Assembly: GCA_977016875.1 (NCBI GenBank)
Contig: CDRNST010000250.1
Coordinates: 1,116,001-1,180,000, forward strand
DNA: 64,000 nucleotides
Reading direction: 5' to 3'
From: Pavona decussata
Taxonomy: Eukaryota
Part shown: positions 11,656 to 24,599 of the stretch, piece after piece
Position numbering within the stretch: the stretch's first letter is position 1
Layout: each line of letters starts with the position of its first letter
Notes under the pieces: generated by a model
What the model was told of the DNA's origin: nothing
The model's database searches: none
What the model saw: only the letters and a program-made list of their open reading frames with translations
Translations under genes and position numbers: made by a program

Positions 11656-12684
11656 TAATCCATTAAGCAAAAATTTCCGATAAGACCTTTCGAAAATTTC
11701 TTTGCTAAAAGGAACGGTAATTTCCACTTGACTGAACCAGTCTTGCTCCATGCCCGCGCGGGCCAAATTTCCCGTCAGGATTCAAAATGGCGGATGTGCA
11801 GTCGTTCTTGTTTGCTTTAGAGTTAAGTCGACGATTTTGCTTTAACTATTGCTAACGATATGTTAGAGGACAACGACGACGACATGGTTGTGTTAGCTGC
11901 CGTTAGCTGCTTCATGCGAAGAAAATTAACCCGTATACACCACATGACGATCAGTAGTGTCAACAGGGTGTTTCGTAGGGTCGTGAAGGCAGTTGTTTCC
12001 ATGTCTGGTCAGTACATCAGATGGCAGAATGGTGAGTCGTGACGTGTAAGATAAAATAAACAAACATTATCAATGTGAACGCTTGCATTTGTAATGGATT
12101 GGTATAAACCGTTCTTTGTATGCACAAATTTACAGTGAATCAAGTTCAAGAGATAAAGTTGTCTTCTGAGGAGGACGGGGGATTCCCTGGCATAATTGGG
12201 TTAATGGATTGCACTCATATTCGAATTCGCGCCCCAGAACACGAACCAGAAGCCTATATCTGCAGGAAGAAACACCAATCAATAAATGTCCAGGTGATTG
12301 TTTGATACCAGTTAGATATATTACACAGAGATAATATTCTGGTAAACTACGTGTGAATGGGCTATTGCACTAAAAATTCTGGACTGGCCTTTTGTTGAAA
12401 TCCATTAGATCCATTAAATGTGTTTAACTGGTGTTGATACCCTTTCTATGGCCCAAACCCGAAAAATGACACCCTATTCAAGGGGAAAAACAAAACCTAA
12501 GAATGGCATGAATGGGTTAACTTTGTTCCATTTCTGTTAGTAATGGAAGATAAGCATCAAGCATGGAATACTAGACTAATCCTAGATTCGTTTAGCTGGG
12601 CGTTTATGCACTCTACTGATTGGGAACCTCAAAAACCATACCCTATCCCGCGGCACGTGCCTATATAGCCCATATATAGAAGAA

Positions 12685-12889
12685 CTTTACTCAATATTGT
12701 CTCCCTTCACGCAGGTGTATGAATCGGTACCAGTGCCCATTAGGTTAACCTAACAAAATGCTGGGGGGGGGGGGGGGCAACCCTGCTATGGACTAGCATC
12801 CCATCTAGGAGGGAGTGGTGATGCTCCTAGTTGCTTCATACTACAAAAAACTGGGCTAAGCTCCGGCACAGATGAGCCACCTGGGCTCA
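12685..12889 (+). mobile_element. SINE (V-domain-like) 3' part in intron
   Basis: AACCCTGCTATGGACTAGCATCCCATCTAGG...CTCCTAGTTGCTTCATACTAC...AAGCTCCGGC motif, common in cnidarian SINEs. Confidence 0.6.
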
Positions 12890-13679
12890 TTGAATTTGTT
12901 GGACACAGACTGGCACATTATTTGTGATAAATAGAGACAGCTTTTTAAAGATTTTTAGAAACAATTTGCCATCGTTGTATGGTAATATATAGTTCGATCG
13001 TTGATGTAACAGTTCCCTCCTCCAAATGCTAACGGTAAAGTGACAAAAAAAAAACGTACCAGTGTGTCCCATGGTTAAAGTAGGAATTGAGTATGCAAAA
13101 ACACAAGCATTAGCTTTGTTTTCAGCTCGTATGTGATGACAATATGGTGTTTACTGATGTTCTGGCCGGTTGGCCCGGCTCAGTGCATGACTCGCGGGTC
13201 CTTCGCAATTCAGTGCTGTGGAACAATGCTGCCAACAAGTTTCCTGGCGATACTCATTTACTTGGGGATGGTGGATACCCATTATTAAGGTATCACAAGG
13301 CAATGTTGTGTTTAGCCTGTTCCACATTCTTCACACCTTTTCACATTATCTGAACACCTGGAACAAGCTGTGTTTCAAGTAGTTTCCACTGCCTTACTTC
13401 CCAGGCTGGACAATTTGATATATTCTTCTCACTGAGTTCCTTGCATTTAGCGTTTTTTTTTTATGAGAAGTTGACTTCTTTGAAGTTAAGGCAGGTCATG
13501 TTTGATAATAAATTTTTTCCTCAATTCTCATGACCTGCATCATTAATAATAATAATTAAACCAATAATATTAAATAATGTAAATAAATCTTTTGAAAAGA
13601 TGTTTTCAAGAGGGTGATTGAACTTTAATACAATACAGCGATTAGACTTGATTATGCATTAATGATCTTCACCTTGGGT

Positions 13680-13890
13680 TAGTCACCTTGTCATGGTGGT
13701 GAAGCTTGTGAGTCTTGATAATACCAAGAGCTATGCCAGCGGGGGCTTATGCTCCCAGTATACAGTCCAACAATGCTGGATTGGTCAAGGGTGAGAGCCT
13801 TGACTAAGAACAACCACCTGGCCCTCCAGGTTTGGGCTTTGATGTGAGGATAATCTCCCCACCCTGTAAAAATCATATTGATTACGGAAA
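13680..13890 (+). mobile_element. RTE-clade LINE 5'-end-like fragment in intron
   Basis: CACCTTGTCATGGTGG...AGAGCTATGCC...CCTGGCCCTCCAGGTTTGGG...CCACCCTGTAAAAA pattern, as in RTE 5' UTRs. Confidence 0.5.
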
Positions 13891-14717
13891 CAGGAAATTA
13901 TCTAATCTACATTCAACAATATGCAGGGATGGAAATTTGCCCAGGCGAGTGTCAATCCTGTTGGACGAGTAGAAATTCAAGATTTTTTGGTGTATTTTTG
14001 GGGTACTTGCCCAATGGTGAGTACTATCAAAATTACCGGTAAGTTTCAAACCCTAAACATTTATATTTTTCTCCTCTAGGTGGCTTATAACACCTTACAG
14101 AGACAATGGGCATTTGACAGTGCATGAACAAAGGTTCAATAACGCCCTTTCTTCGATTCGACAGACAATAGAGAGGGCAATAGGACTTCTCAAGGGAAGA
14201 TGGAGAAAACCTCTCTTCCTGGATCATTTTGATGTAAAATTGGAAGTAAATGTCATAATTGCTGCATGTGTCCTGCACAATTTCTGTTTACTGCATGATG
14301 ATTTTGAGGGAGGATACATCCTTGAAGGGGAACACAACGATGATCATGATGCTGAAGAGCCTCCATTCCCAGATGGACGAGCTAACCAGAAAAGAACCCA
14401 TCTCATGAACGTTGTCTGTGGTCTGTGAACTTCAGAAAAACACGCCAAACACAATAATAACACAGTTTATTTTTCTGTCAATATAAATTCAGTTTTATTT
14501 AACTGACCAAGTGTATAACGGCTGAATTAATTTAGACTCCAAACTGCTGGCATTGTTTTAGATAAAGGTATTAAAAATGAATACATTGCTTTACAACAAC
14601 TGACTAAATTGTCCAAACTGGTGGCCTTTTTTTTTAAATAAATGTATATATTTTAAGAATAAACACATTGGTTTACAACAAACTCATAGACCAAAGGGTC
14701 TTAACGAAACGGTAGCA

Positions 14718-14919
14718 AATTCCCACACGGTTATTGTGAGTCCCCTACCCCCTCAGGGGCTAAGGACAAGTAGCTTAATAGACTTAAATAGGCCTAATAG
14801 ACTTAATGGACCTAATAGGCTTAATAGTCCTAACAGGCTTAATAGTTCTAATAGGAAACTAATAGGCTTAATAGACTTAATAGATTTTGGAAGAAACTCA
14901 CAATAACCGTGTGGGAATT
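14718..14919. mobile_element. MITE with 24-bp perfect TIR and internal ~11-bp tandem repeats
   Basis: AATTCCCACACGGTTATTGTGAGT at 14718-14741, reverse complement at 14896-14919. The interior has TAATAGRCTTAA-like repeats. Confidence 0.8.
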
Positions 14920-14969
14920 CATTTTCCTCAACGAGAGGCTTTTAGCTAACATAATTATATATTTTACAT

Positions 14970-15540
14970 CTACTTGTTTCTCAGTATATCCAGAAACTCA
15001 CTGTTAAATTTATCTTTTTTCTCTTGCACGTCTCGTAGAAATTTAAGTCTCTCCCCCTCTGCTTTCTCTCTCTTTTCTGTCCAATCATGGAGGAAGGTCA
15101 ACATTTCAGCTGCTGACAAGTAGCTCTTTCTTTTTCGTTTCTTGTTCCTCAGGGTCTTTCCCCTTTTGCCTTTTGTGGCCACATCGTCATCATCATCATT
15201 GCAGTCATCATCCTCAGAGTCAACATCGTTGTTGTAGTCATCATCCTTCTCTGATTGATCACTGTTGGCACTACTTGAAGAAGATCTCCCAGTGTCAAAG
15301 GTATAGCTGGGGTGCACTTTCGGGCTATCCCCAATCACCTCATCCATGAGATCATGAAATTTCCATGACTTGTTTGCGCTCCCAGTTTTCTTGTTATTAT
15401 CCTCGATCTTCTTGAATTGGCCCTCCAGCTTAAACCACTTTTGCATACATTGTTCCCCAGTCACAACAACATCTGCAGCTTCGTTAAATTTTGCTGCAAT
15501 TTTATCGAAGACCTCTTTCTTTTTGGTCTTCGGTTGTTTT
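14970..15540 (-). pseudogene. Myb/SANT-like (trihelix) DNA-binding protein of the second Harbinger, convergent with its transposase
   Basis: KKEVFDKIAAKF...TGEQCMQKWFKL...NNKKTG...WKFHDLMDEV, then an acidic linker and coiled-coil tail. The 5' end appears missing. Confidence 0.85.
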
Positions 15541-15870
15541 GACAAATGACAAATAGTGACCATTTCTAAACTTTTTAAAAATATATATATTTCAGATTTC
15601 ATTGCGGGCAATCCTGACCAAGACCTTTCTGATAAAAAATACTGGCGTTTTGGTTGACCATGAACACCTCAAAACTAAAGGAATACCACCGATCGCAAAA
15701 CTTTGACAATCGATGTCACAGAAGATTTTTTGTCTTACACTTGAAGCAGGCCAATAAAAACAGTAACAAAGAATTGCACCTGTTAAGTAATTTAGAGAAT
15801 GCACCCATTTTGAATAAATGGTAAGCAGTTCTGCCTTCCCTTTTGAACCTGGATGACATCTCGGTCGGCA

Positions 15871-17895
15871 GGTCTATTCCAGGGGTGAGGGGTGGGGGGT
15901 GGTGTGTGAGGGGTGGGGGGTGAGTTTAACAGACGTGGATCTAGACTCTCATATACGTGATAAACGAACATCCTGCAATCTCACATGAAATCACGAGTTC
16001 GGGGGTGAGGGTACGTTTAATTTGTTCATGGCGCGAGCTGTGGGGATCTGCGATCCACCTTAACATTATTGAGTTGGACAAACACATAAAAGTAATCCAA
16101 ACTGTGGCTATCGTTTATTGTATTTCTTCTTTGTTTGAGACTCGTAAGATCTTGGATCTTGGATCGACTAAATGATACAACTGACGTCATATTGGTTTTG
16201 ATTCTTCAAACTGTAACAAAACTGTAACTTTATATATACAAATAAACTAGATTAACTTTCCCTGGTTAATCATTTACCATATGGCCTTCGAAAAACCGGT
16301 TGTTAGACTGGTTTGTCAATGATACTAAGTGGAGCAAGCGTCAATACTACTAAATGTAGCTATTGTCATGATACAATTACAAATGTCGTTATTGTCATTA
16401 CACAAACAAACGTTCTTCTCCTGAGATATGAACCCTCTACTCTCATATTAATTCAGAATCTTAAAACTGCAACACAACTGTAACTGTAAATAATCTGGAT
16501 TAACCTTCATGAATTTGCCAAAGTGGCTTGTGAAAAACCGGAATCTAGACTGGTTTTGTTGAATCATTACTTTAACTAGCGAGCAGTTTCCTTCCTACAC
16601 CCCCCCCCCCCTTTTTTTTTGGTGGGCAGGGAAAAAATGTTTTTCCCTTTTCTCGTTTGTATTTGGGATTTGAGCATGTTACATTTCGAATCTTCATTTC
16701 TAATCCTCTCTAGGGTCAGAGAAAAAAGAAAGAAAAAAGTTCTCTGCCTTCAGTTTATAATTTCTTTCAATTTCAGATTTCCGTTTTTCTCTTCCTTGTA
16801 ATCAGAGTTCCATTAATAGAAAACGGAACATGAAAATTAACAAAACATGTTTTTAGTAACTAAAATATGCTGGTATCACTTATATTCGAGAGATAACTCA
16901 CACGACAATAAGCTCTAGTGTATTTGCCGTTGCCGATTAGGGCATTTCAATGGTCGAATCGTCCAACTGAGTAAAGCTTGAGGTTGGCCACTGATAAGAT
17001 TGGTCCTTAAAATTTTTAACGGACGTGCGTAAATAAAGCTGAAGTAACGTGTACTGGGACTTCAGTGGCACAAACAAATACAGCTGACGATAAAATTATC
17101 AATTCAATTCGAAAAACAAACTTAGCACATAAATTTTTTTTGACACTTTCTAATTTTGCATATTTCGTGAAAACGGGAAAATTCAGTCACGCAAATTAAA
17201 TTAAGTGACTTGCCGTGCAAGCCTTTAGAAAATTGGCCAAAGTGAAGTGCTGCGATGTACACTTCGAAATCTCGAAATTCACGTGTCGCACAAAATTCAT
17301 TTAATAATGTACACAAGCCAACGAATCTCATGTTAGTATTCACTGTAGTCATGTTGGTGCTTACAAGCGGAACTATACTGAACGAGGATGCACAGGGGGA
17401 AACTTCCGTCCTTTGCTGCATGCAATTACGATGTCATTTCTATTTTTATGTAGTTTTTTTTTTCAGTTTTCGCTCGCACCAATATGATACCGTGAAAATA
17501 ACCTGCATGGATTACATCTTGACTTGTATCCCCCTCAATAAAAATTAAGCCATGGGTCTCTAGTTATTTACTTGAAAAAATAAGGGGGTGGCCTATCATC
17601 TGAAGATTTAGCCGTAACTTCGTGAGACTTTGGCAGAGTAACATGGTTGCAAATGTCAAAGTATTGACATACACGATGTATGTAAATTGAGTTACGTGTT
17701 ACGGCCGTAATGTCGTGAGACTTTGGAGAGTAACATGGTTGCAAATGTCAACATATATGAGAGTCTATGAGAGTATATGAGAGTCTAGATCCACGTCTGT
17801 TAAACTCACCCCTCACCCCTCACCCCCCACCCCTTATCCCTCACTCCTCACACCTCACCCCCACCACCCCCACCACCCACCCCCCACCCCTCATT
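15871..17895. mobile_element. Non-autonomous element with inverted termini carrying G-rich (GGGGTGA/GGGGGT)n tracts
   Basis: GGGTGAGTTTAACAGACGTGGATCTAGACTCTCATATAC at about 15918-15956 is inverted at about 17772-17810. G-rich and C-rich tracts lie outside these arms. Confidence 0.7.
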
Positions 17896-17977
17896 CAGTT
17901 TATTTGGAGTTAAATAAAATTCGGCTTTTGCATTTATGCTTTCCTTCACCTTAGTTTAAATGTTCGCATTGTAATTT

Positions 17978-18325
17978 GTCAAATTGATGCTGTCCGGGTG
18001 CTACTGAAACAGACCTGAAGTTTTTACAGGACCAGTAATAACAGAGTCTACTTGTGTCAGACACAAGACAAAAACAACGATCATCTCTGGTACTAACTTT
18101 AATTGAGAAAAGAGTGTTCCCCTCAAAAGAACACAGAGCGACAGCTGATGGATTATCTAATTTCCTCTTCTTACTGGTGGTTTCTTTGGGGACATACTTT
18201 CCACCAAGGAAAAAATTGCAGTTAAAACAATTTGCAGGTTTTTGAAATTTTGAATATGCAAAACTGCAGTTACTACATTTGCCTGTTCTTCTGGAAGTCC
18301 ATTTTTCTTTTCCTGATGACTTTGC
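17978..18325 (-). pseudogene. HMGXB3 / KDZ-transposase-like Cys-rich exon
   Basis: ATG-less open frame after an AG acceptor: AKSSGKEKWTSRRTGKCSNCSFAYSKFQKPANCFNCNFFLGGKYVPK...FSIKVSTRDDRCFCLV...CYYWSC. Confidence 0.5.
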
Positions 18326-21144
18326 CTATGACGAAAAAAATTAATAAGTTGGATTCAATAATAATCTTCCGTTTTTTGGTTCTACTATCAGTGAGCAATC
18401 TATATCAGTTTAAAATTGTCATGAATTTCATATCACAGTTGTGGGCAATTTATCGTTTTCAGTTGTGGCGCAAAACATCTCTGTAAGGGTGGGAGAGGGA
18501 GATTTTTGCTCTTGATGGTGCATAAATCGATCTAGACTGTGCCAAGGTAACTGTCCCAAGTACAGTGTGGCATGAACACAGATTTTGCTTCATGGCCAGC
18601 TGCTAAGGCTTTCAGTTGGACTGCATCCATAACAGCATTAAGAAAATGATGAAAGGTGCTCTTGCATCGATCTGGAAAAAATGAAGTTCATTATGTTTTG
18701 GAAAACATAATATCAACATATGGATAGAGCCGGTATATATCTGTTAATAACTACAACAAGAGACTTTTCTTCGAACTATTGCACATGACTTAAGATAGTG
18801 ACACCTAAACAAATGAAAGATGTGCCCTTGCACTTATGTGCCTCTAATTTGAATACAAAGACAAGTAACACACAAGTTGGTAGCACGAATAGCATTCCTT
18901 TGGTGAAGGTGCCAATGGAAATTTATTTACAAAAAACATTACCAATCACTTCAAAGAACTTTTTATTTTCATTTGCATGGTAGGTTAATGTTACTATTTC
19001 ACTCCCCTTTTCCTCAAGTAGGAAAATGTCAATCACGGAAGATTACTGCCTTACATAAGGTATATCATTCAGTATTTAAGAATCAAAACAGTAGGCATTT
19101 TGGCTTGTTGTGATGTAATAGTGGTATGGATATTTAAGTTTGTATCTGAATTGAGATGCGTTTTTATGCTTCAATAAGGAGGGTGTGGAATTTGGACCTT
19201 TTTTTAGGTGGATAAAGGGCAGGGAATATACAATATATTGGTCTAAACAAAAAAAGTATTTTATAAAAGAACCCCCAACCCCCTGCCACGACCTGCATTT
19301 AGAACGGAAGAAATTATAATGAAATAAAATAAGTAAGTAATATCATTTACATACATACTAGATATTTCAGTTAAGGTAGCACTGTAGGTTTGATGTGTGA
19401 TGAAAGTAATACAACATACATTTCTTTTAATGAATTTTCACTAATGGATTGCAATTTACAAATGTTTTACTCATTTCTTGGACATGCAAATAATATAAGT
19501 TCTTACCAGTTGGCAGGACAATGGATATCCATAAAATAAATGGTTCGCACCAGAAGTCATTAACCGATGTTGATGTGTGCCCCAAACAAAAACTAATCAT
19601 TGCCAGGATACCTAGCAGGACTGTGGTCTCTCGTTGCTTCATGCCTTTACCAAATAGCCGACAAATCTGTAGAAAAAATTTGTGTTGAATACGTATATCA
19701 ATCTACCAACACAAGTGTTATTAACAGCAAACACAACCTTCTAGCCTATTATGATGCCATTATATTTATGAATTGCTGGGTGAATAACATATAAGCCTGT
19801 TGTCCACAACCAAATGCAAGCAGAAATCCCAGGACAAGCGCAATTTCTCTATAGAACTGGCATGAATGCTGACACTGAATGCAGGAGCAAAACAGGTAGT
19901 GTACAAAATGAGATGTATTAATTTTTTCCTTTTTGAGGTTTCGTCATCTTTCACTCAGGTTATGCCACGTTAAAGCAGGTAACAGTAAATAGCATAAGCA
20001 CGAGGTGATCTAATTTTAAGATGTCTACTTTTTATTACAGTCAAAGCGCTTCACCCATGAATGCTTGTTAACCTAAGGTTCAAATATTTGTAACGACTCT
20101 CCTTTGATCAATGAGCTTGATTTAGATGACTTGACCACACAATTGAAAGGTAAGGACCATGCCTGTTTTTCTATTAATCATATATTTTGGTGCTAAATTT
20201 CACACTAAAGGATGTTTGCCCAGAAATGGCCATAAGTTGTACCAACATCGACAATATTGAAAACAATCCTCTTGATTCGTTAATAGAGACAAAGGGTTTC
20301 TGTGCAAAAGGTATATTAAAGAAAATTGGAGTTCCACAGGTCGCAAATTTTTTTTGGATTATTTACCTTGGTTACATTCTATACTTTGAAGAGCTGCCAG
20401 AACTAGCAAATCTTTGGAAATTTTATTGATGTCAAAGTTTTGCCCAAAATGTGCTAAGAAGCAGCATGCCTCTGGGCATGCTGAAAAAAAAAACTGAGAG
20501 GGTGAATTCATGTTTTAATTTCACTGCCACTCATGACTGTCCTTGAATCCCTTGAATGCCTTTTGCTTGTTTTACGGTGATGTAGGTGTCATAATTCCTT
20601 CATGATTTACCCTTGGTTCATGGCAAATTACTGGTAAGGTTTGGAGTCGCAACTCGCAAAGCAGCGAGTCCTTCTTTATTTGTATTGACTTGGGTTGCGT
20701 AAGAAAAGTCATTACACTGGCTTCCCAATTGTTGTTTCGGGGAAATTTGTGATAGCCCTAATCCTTAATCAAAAACCAGCGGCTGAAACAAATCCGTCTG
20801 TAACAACATCTTTTTTTTTTTCAACATAAATATAGAAAGTATATTGACTGTAAGCTACCCAAGGTAATTCCTCTGAAATTGTGACTGCTTAAGGCTTTTC
20901 CCATTCATTTCCTATATGTTATTCCATATCTTACAGTTGTTTGAAAATACCATACCATACCATTTTTGTATAGTATTTTATATACCCGAGTTAAATTTGT
21001 CCATGAGAGCCTGTGCTACATAATATTATATTCAGGAGAACCTGAGCCTATTAATCTCAATAATCACGTTTGAGGTATTGGAGCCCTAAAATTTCTGAAC
21101 TGACGACAGCAAACGACTGTGTTAATTTATAAAGAGCATCAGAA

Positions 21145-21288
21145 AAAAATTATTAAAACCCATGGACTCTGTAAAGAATGGTAAAAAAGTACTTTCACCC
21201 AAGGAAATCTGTAAACGAAGTCTATTTACAGTAAATGTCTACCTTAATACATTATTGTTGTTAATTACCTTTGTTTTAATGCCCCTTG

Positions 21289-21352
<64 letters not shown>

Positions 21353-22981
21353 GTTGTTGTTTTATGTGGGAGCGCCATTTGTTTGGTGCACCTCTGTTAT
21401 GGCGCCTGGGAGTGGGACACATAGCCTTTTTGTGTCCCCTACCCCCACAGGAGTAACATGTAATGTTATCATCTATCAAAGAGTACAAAACTTAAAAGTT
21501 CATAACTAATGAAAAATTATTAAAACCCATGGACTCTGTAAAGAATGGTAAAAAAGTTTACCCAAGGAAACCTGTAAATGAAGTTTATTCACAGTAAATG
21601 TCTACCTTAATACAATATTGTTGTTAATTATCTTTGTTTTGATGCCCTTGTTTTTTGTGGGTGCACCATTTGTTTGGTGCCCCTCTGTTATGGCGCCTTG
21701 GAGTGGGACACATAGTCTTTTTGTGTCCCCTACCCCCACAGGAGTAACATGTAATGTTATCATCTATCAAAGAGTACAAAACTTAAAAGTACATAACTAT
21801 TGTGTTTCTGTGTGGGGATCGACATATTAGTCTAATACTCCCAAATTATTTTCGTGATATGTTTACTCTTGCAAGCCAAATACATTCTTATAAAGCAAGA
21901 AATTCCAACCTTTTCTATATATCTTATTGTCGAACTAATCTTCGAAAATTCTCAATTCGATTTCAAGGTCCTACGCTTCTCAACTCGCTAAGTCGTGAAA
22001 TTCAAAACAGTGAAAGTATCAGTTTGTTTGGCAAAAGACTTAAAAAATTCCTTCTTTCTAAGTTAAATTGACTCTTTGTTGAGCTACACACCTTTTCTTT
22101 ACCTTTTCTTTTTCTTCTTCTTTTAAAAAAAAATTAATTGGAATTTTCTATCAGTACCCTTAACTTCTATGGTTTATCCTATAGTTCTAGGAAGCCTATA
22201 GTTAATAAGCCCCGGGCTTCTATATAGGCTTCCTAGCCTTTAACAAATTTAATATTGTAAATAGTTAGGTATGAACATTGTAATAGTAAGAATATTGTAA
22301 TAGTAAGACACATAGCCTTTTTATGCCCCCTACCCTACAGGAGTAACATGTAATGTTATCATCTATCAAAGAGTACAAAACTTAAAAGTAAATAACTTAT
22401 GAAAAATTATGAAAACCCATGGACCCTGTAAAGAATGGTAAAAAGTACTTTCACCCAAGCAAACGTGTAAATGAAGTCTATTCACAGTAAATGTCTACCT
22501 TGATACATTATTGTTGATAATTACTTTTGTTTTGATGCCCTTGTCTTATGTGGGAGCGCCATTTGTTTGGTGCCCCTCTGTTATGGTGCCTGGGAGTGGG
22601 ACACATAGCTTTTTTGTGCCCCCTACCCCACAGGAGAAACCTGTAATGTTAGCATCTATCAAAGAGTACAAAACTTAAAAGTACATAACTAATGGAAAAC
22701 AATTAAAACCCATGGACTCTGTAAAGAATGGTAAAAAAGTACTTTCACCCAAGGAAACCTGTAAATGAAGTCTATTCACAGTAAATGTCTACCTAATACA
22801 TTATTGTCGTTAATTACCTTTGATTTGATGCCCTTGTTTTGTGTGAGTGCACCATTTGTTTGGTGCCCCTCTGTAATGGTGCCTGCGGGTGGGGCACATA
22901 GCGTTTTTTTGTCCCCTACCCCTACAGGAGTAACATGTAATGTTATCATCTATCAAAAAGTACAAAAGGTGCATAACGATT
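21145..22981 (-). repeat. About 290-bp tandem repeat (four full copies, one partial); each unit is an intron plus a 132-bp CCHC zinc-knuckle exon
   Basis: The minus strand reads ag|xDNITCYSCGGRGHKKAMCPTP...NK G|gtaatt (CX2CX4HX4C), a phase 1-1 exon. Confidence 0.85.
21830..22307 (+). mobile_element. CR1/L2-like LINE 3' fragment inserted in the tandem array
   Basis: LPNYFRDMF...HSYKARN...RTNLRKFSIRFQGPTLLNSL...FGKRLKKFLL, followed by a 3' UTR with a short tandem tail. Confidence 0.8.
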
Positions 22982-23037
22982 AACATATTTTTCTGTAGTA
23001 TATACAGTTATATAGGCGACTTAAATTGCAGTTCCAC

Positions 23038-23097
23038 CTTCATCTCTTGACTTGCAGGCCTTGGCCTTCTGGCCATAACCATGACATGTATAGCATC
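23038..23097 (-). pseudogene. Additional zinc-knuckle exon (60 bp, phase 1-1)
   Basis: ag|xCYTCHGYGQKAKACKSRDE G|gt, with the His position changed to Gln. Confidence 0.6.
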
Positions 23098-23849
23098 CTG
23101 TAAAGAGGTACAATAGGAAGTTAAACTGCCTAAAGAGTGTTTGGTTATGAGCAAGGTAAATAAATATACAGTGAAATTTAACATTGTAATAAATTTGCTG
23201 TCTTTTAGTTATGACAGTAGTTTAACACACAAACATATCGCTGAGTATTACCTCTTGGAAAAACAAGACTTTGGAACAAACAGTAAAAGTATACCAACAG
23301 CTGGTATTGAGTATGCCTCTCTTTAACACTTTCACTCAATCAGCAGTTACCTTTTTAATTCATATGCAAAAAATCAATTGCCAGTTACTTTTTCATCTCT
23401 TGTGAACCTTATCCCCGATTGTGATCATTACCCCACTAGACAACAATCGCTCATTTATTTCACTTACATGTAGTGAGGGTTTCAAGGTCCTCACATTTTG
23501 AACAATATCTCGATTTCGCTATGGAATTGACCTATATCCATCCAAGTATAAACAACTTTATGTTAAAATGTGCAAATAACTTGATGCACTATGATTGACG
23601 AAATCAAGTGCATTAAGTAACTATTGTGCCAAGGTGATGTAACAGGCTGTACAAGCACAAGCGGCAATCCTGAAAGGTAGTCTAGGAAATATATTTCTCG
23701 CCATCTCAAGTCTTTGCTGTATGGTTGAAGCATTATGGATTCTGAGCTTTTATTGGAATTTATTTGGAATTTTCCAGACTACCTTTTGGCATTGATTTTT
23801 TTAAAAATATTTATTGCTTTTTTACATTATTTTTTTACGAGGTGTGATC

Positions 23850-24599
23850 TAATTGTAGACATTGTAGACTTTAGAGCCTGCACCAAGCTTCTTCTCGAGA
23901 TATTTCTTTACTGGGGCAATCGCTTTTCGTTCCTCTTCGGTTTTCTTTCCGAAATCTTCACTTATACCAATGAGCTTCCCCCCAATGGGTTGTCCTTTAA
24001 TCCAGCAGCGGCATTTGAGAGCACTTTCATTTTATCAGAGTAGCGCAGGAAGGCCACATGTATCGGTCTCGGTCTTTGTTTACCTCCGTTGTCGTTCCGT
24101 AGCTTTGTAAGCGTTCGATGCGCTCGTTCGATTTCCACCTCCCATCCGCAGAGTGTTTCCAAACCCATGTGCGTTGATACAAAATTCTGAAAAAAGCCTA
24201 TACAATCGTCTCCTTCAGCTTTCTCTGGCACATTATAAAACACAAGATTGCTCCTCCGTGACCTGTTGCGCAGTTCTTGGACCTCCTTTTCTAGCGCTTC
24301 AACCTTGCTTTTATCGGCTTTTTGCTCGGTAGCCATCTTTGCATCTTCAACATCTTTCCTCATAGAGTTCAAGTCAATTTTAATTTTGGCACAGTATCTT
24401 TGAGCTCTTTGGATTCAGTTTCAATTTTCTTTAGCCTCACGTGGATTTGATCCTTCAAGTCAAGCTTCTCTAGTTTCTTTAGCTTCTCAAGGATAGATTT
24501 TATCATGGCGTTGCCCGCTTCATCGCCCACTTGCATCCCTTCTTCGTCTTTGCTACTTGGAACGCGAAAGCGCTTTTCGCTCGGTTTCTTTGAGCTCAT
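23850..24599 (-). pseudogene. L1/Tx1-clade ORF1 (Transposase_22 type)
   Basis: Coiled coil, then RNRSRRSNLVFYNVPE...IERAHR...PRPIHVAFLRYSDK...SEDF. Frameshifted, with no ORF2 following. Confidence 0.88.

Larger units (their letters stand above)
11787..14428 (+). pseudogene. HARBI1-like Harbinger transposase, four exons (11787-12031, 12136-12293, 13126-13289, 14080-14428), exon 1 damaged
   Basis: GFPGIIGLMDCTHI, SINVQ|LVCD, GWPGSVHDSRV, LLGDGGYPL|RWLITPY, RQTIERAIGLLKGRWR, ACVLHNFC. Phase-compatible GT-AG introns. Confidence 0.92.

Noticed and set aside
15881-15925. Interstitial telomere
   Set aside because: The G-runs are irregular rather than TTAGGG, and belong to an inverted terminal repeat.
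19427-19642. Secreted peptide with signal sequence
   Set aside because: No recognisable domain and the frame is ambiguous; more likely part of a decayed multi-exon gene.
20560-21120. PARP-like exons
   Set aside because: Only a weak SPEY..VA resemblance, with several stops and no catalytic motifs.
21162-21509. Poly-Leu membrane protein ORF
   Set aside because: It is produced by the (TTA)n microsatellite; the real coding signal is on the opposite strand.
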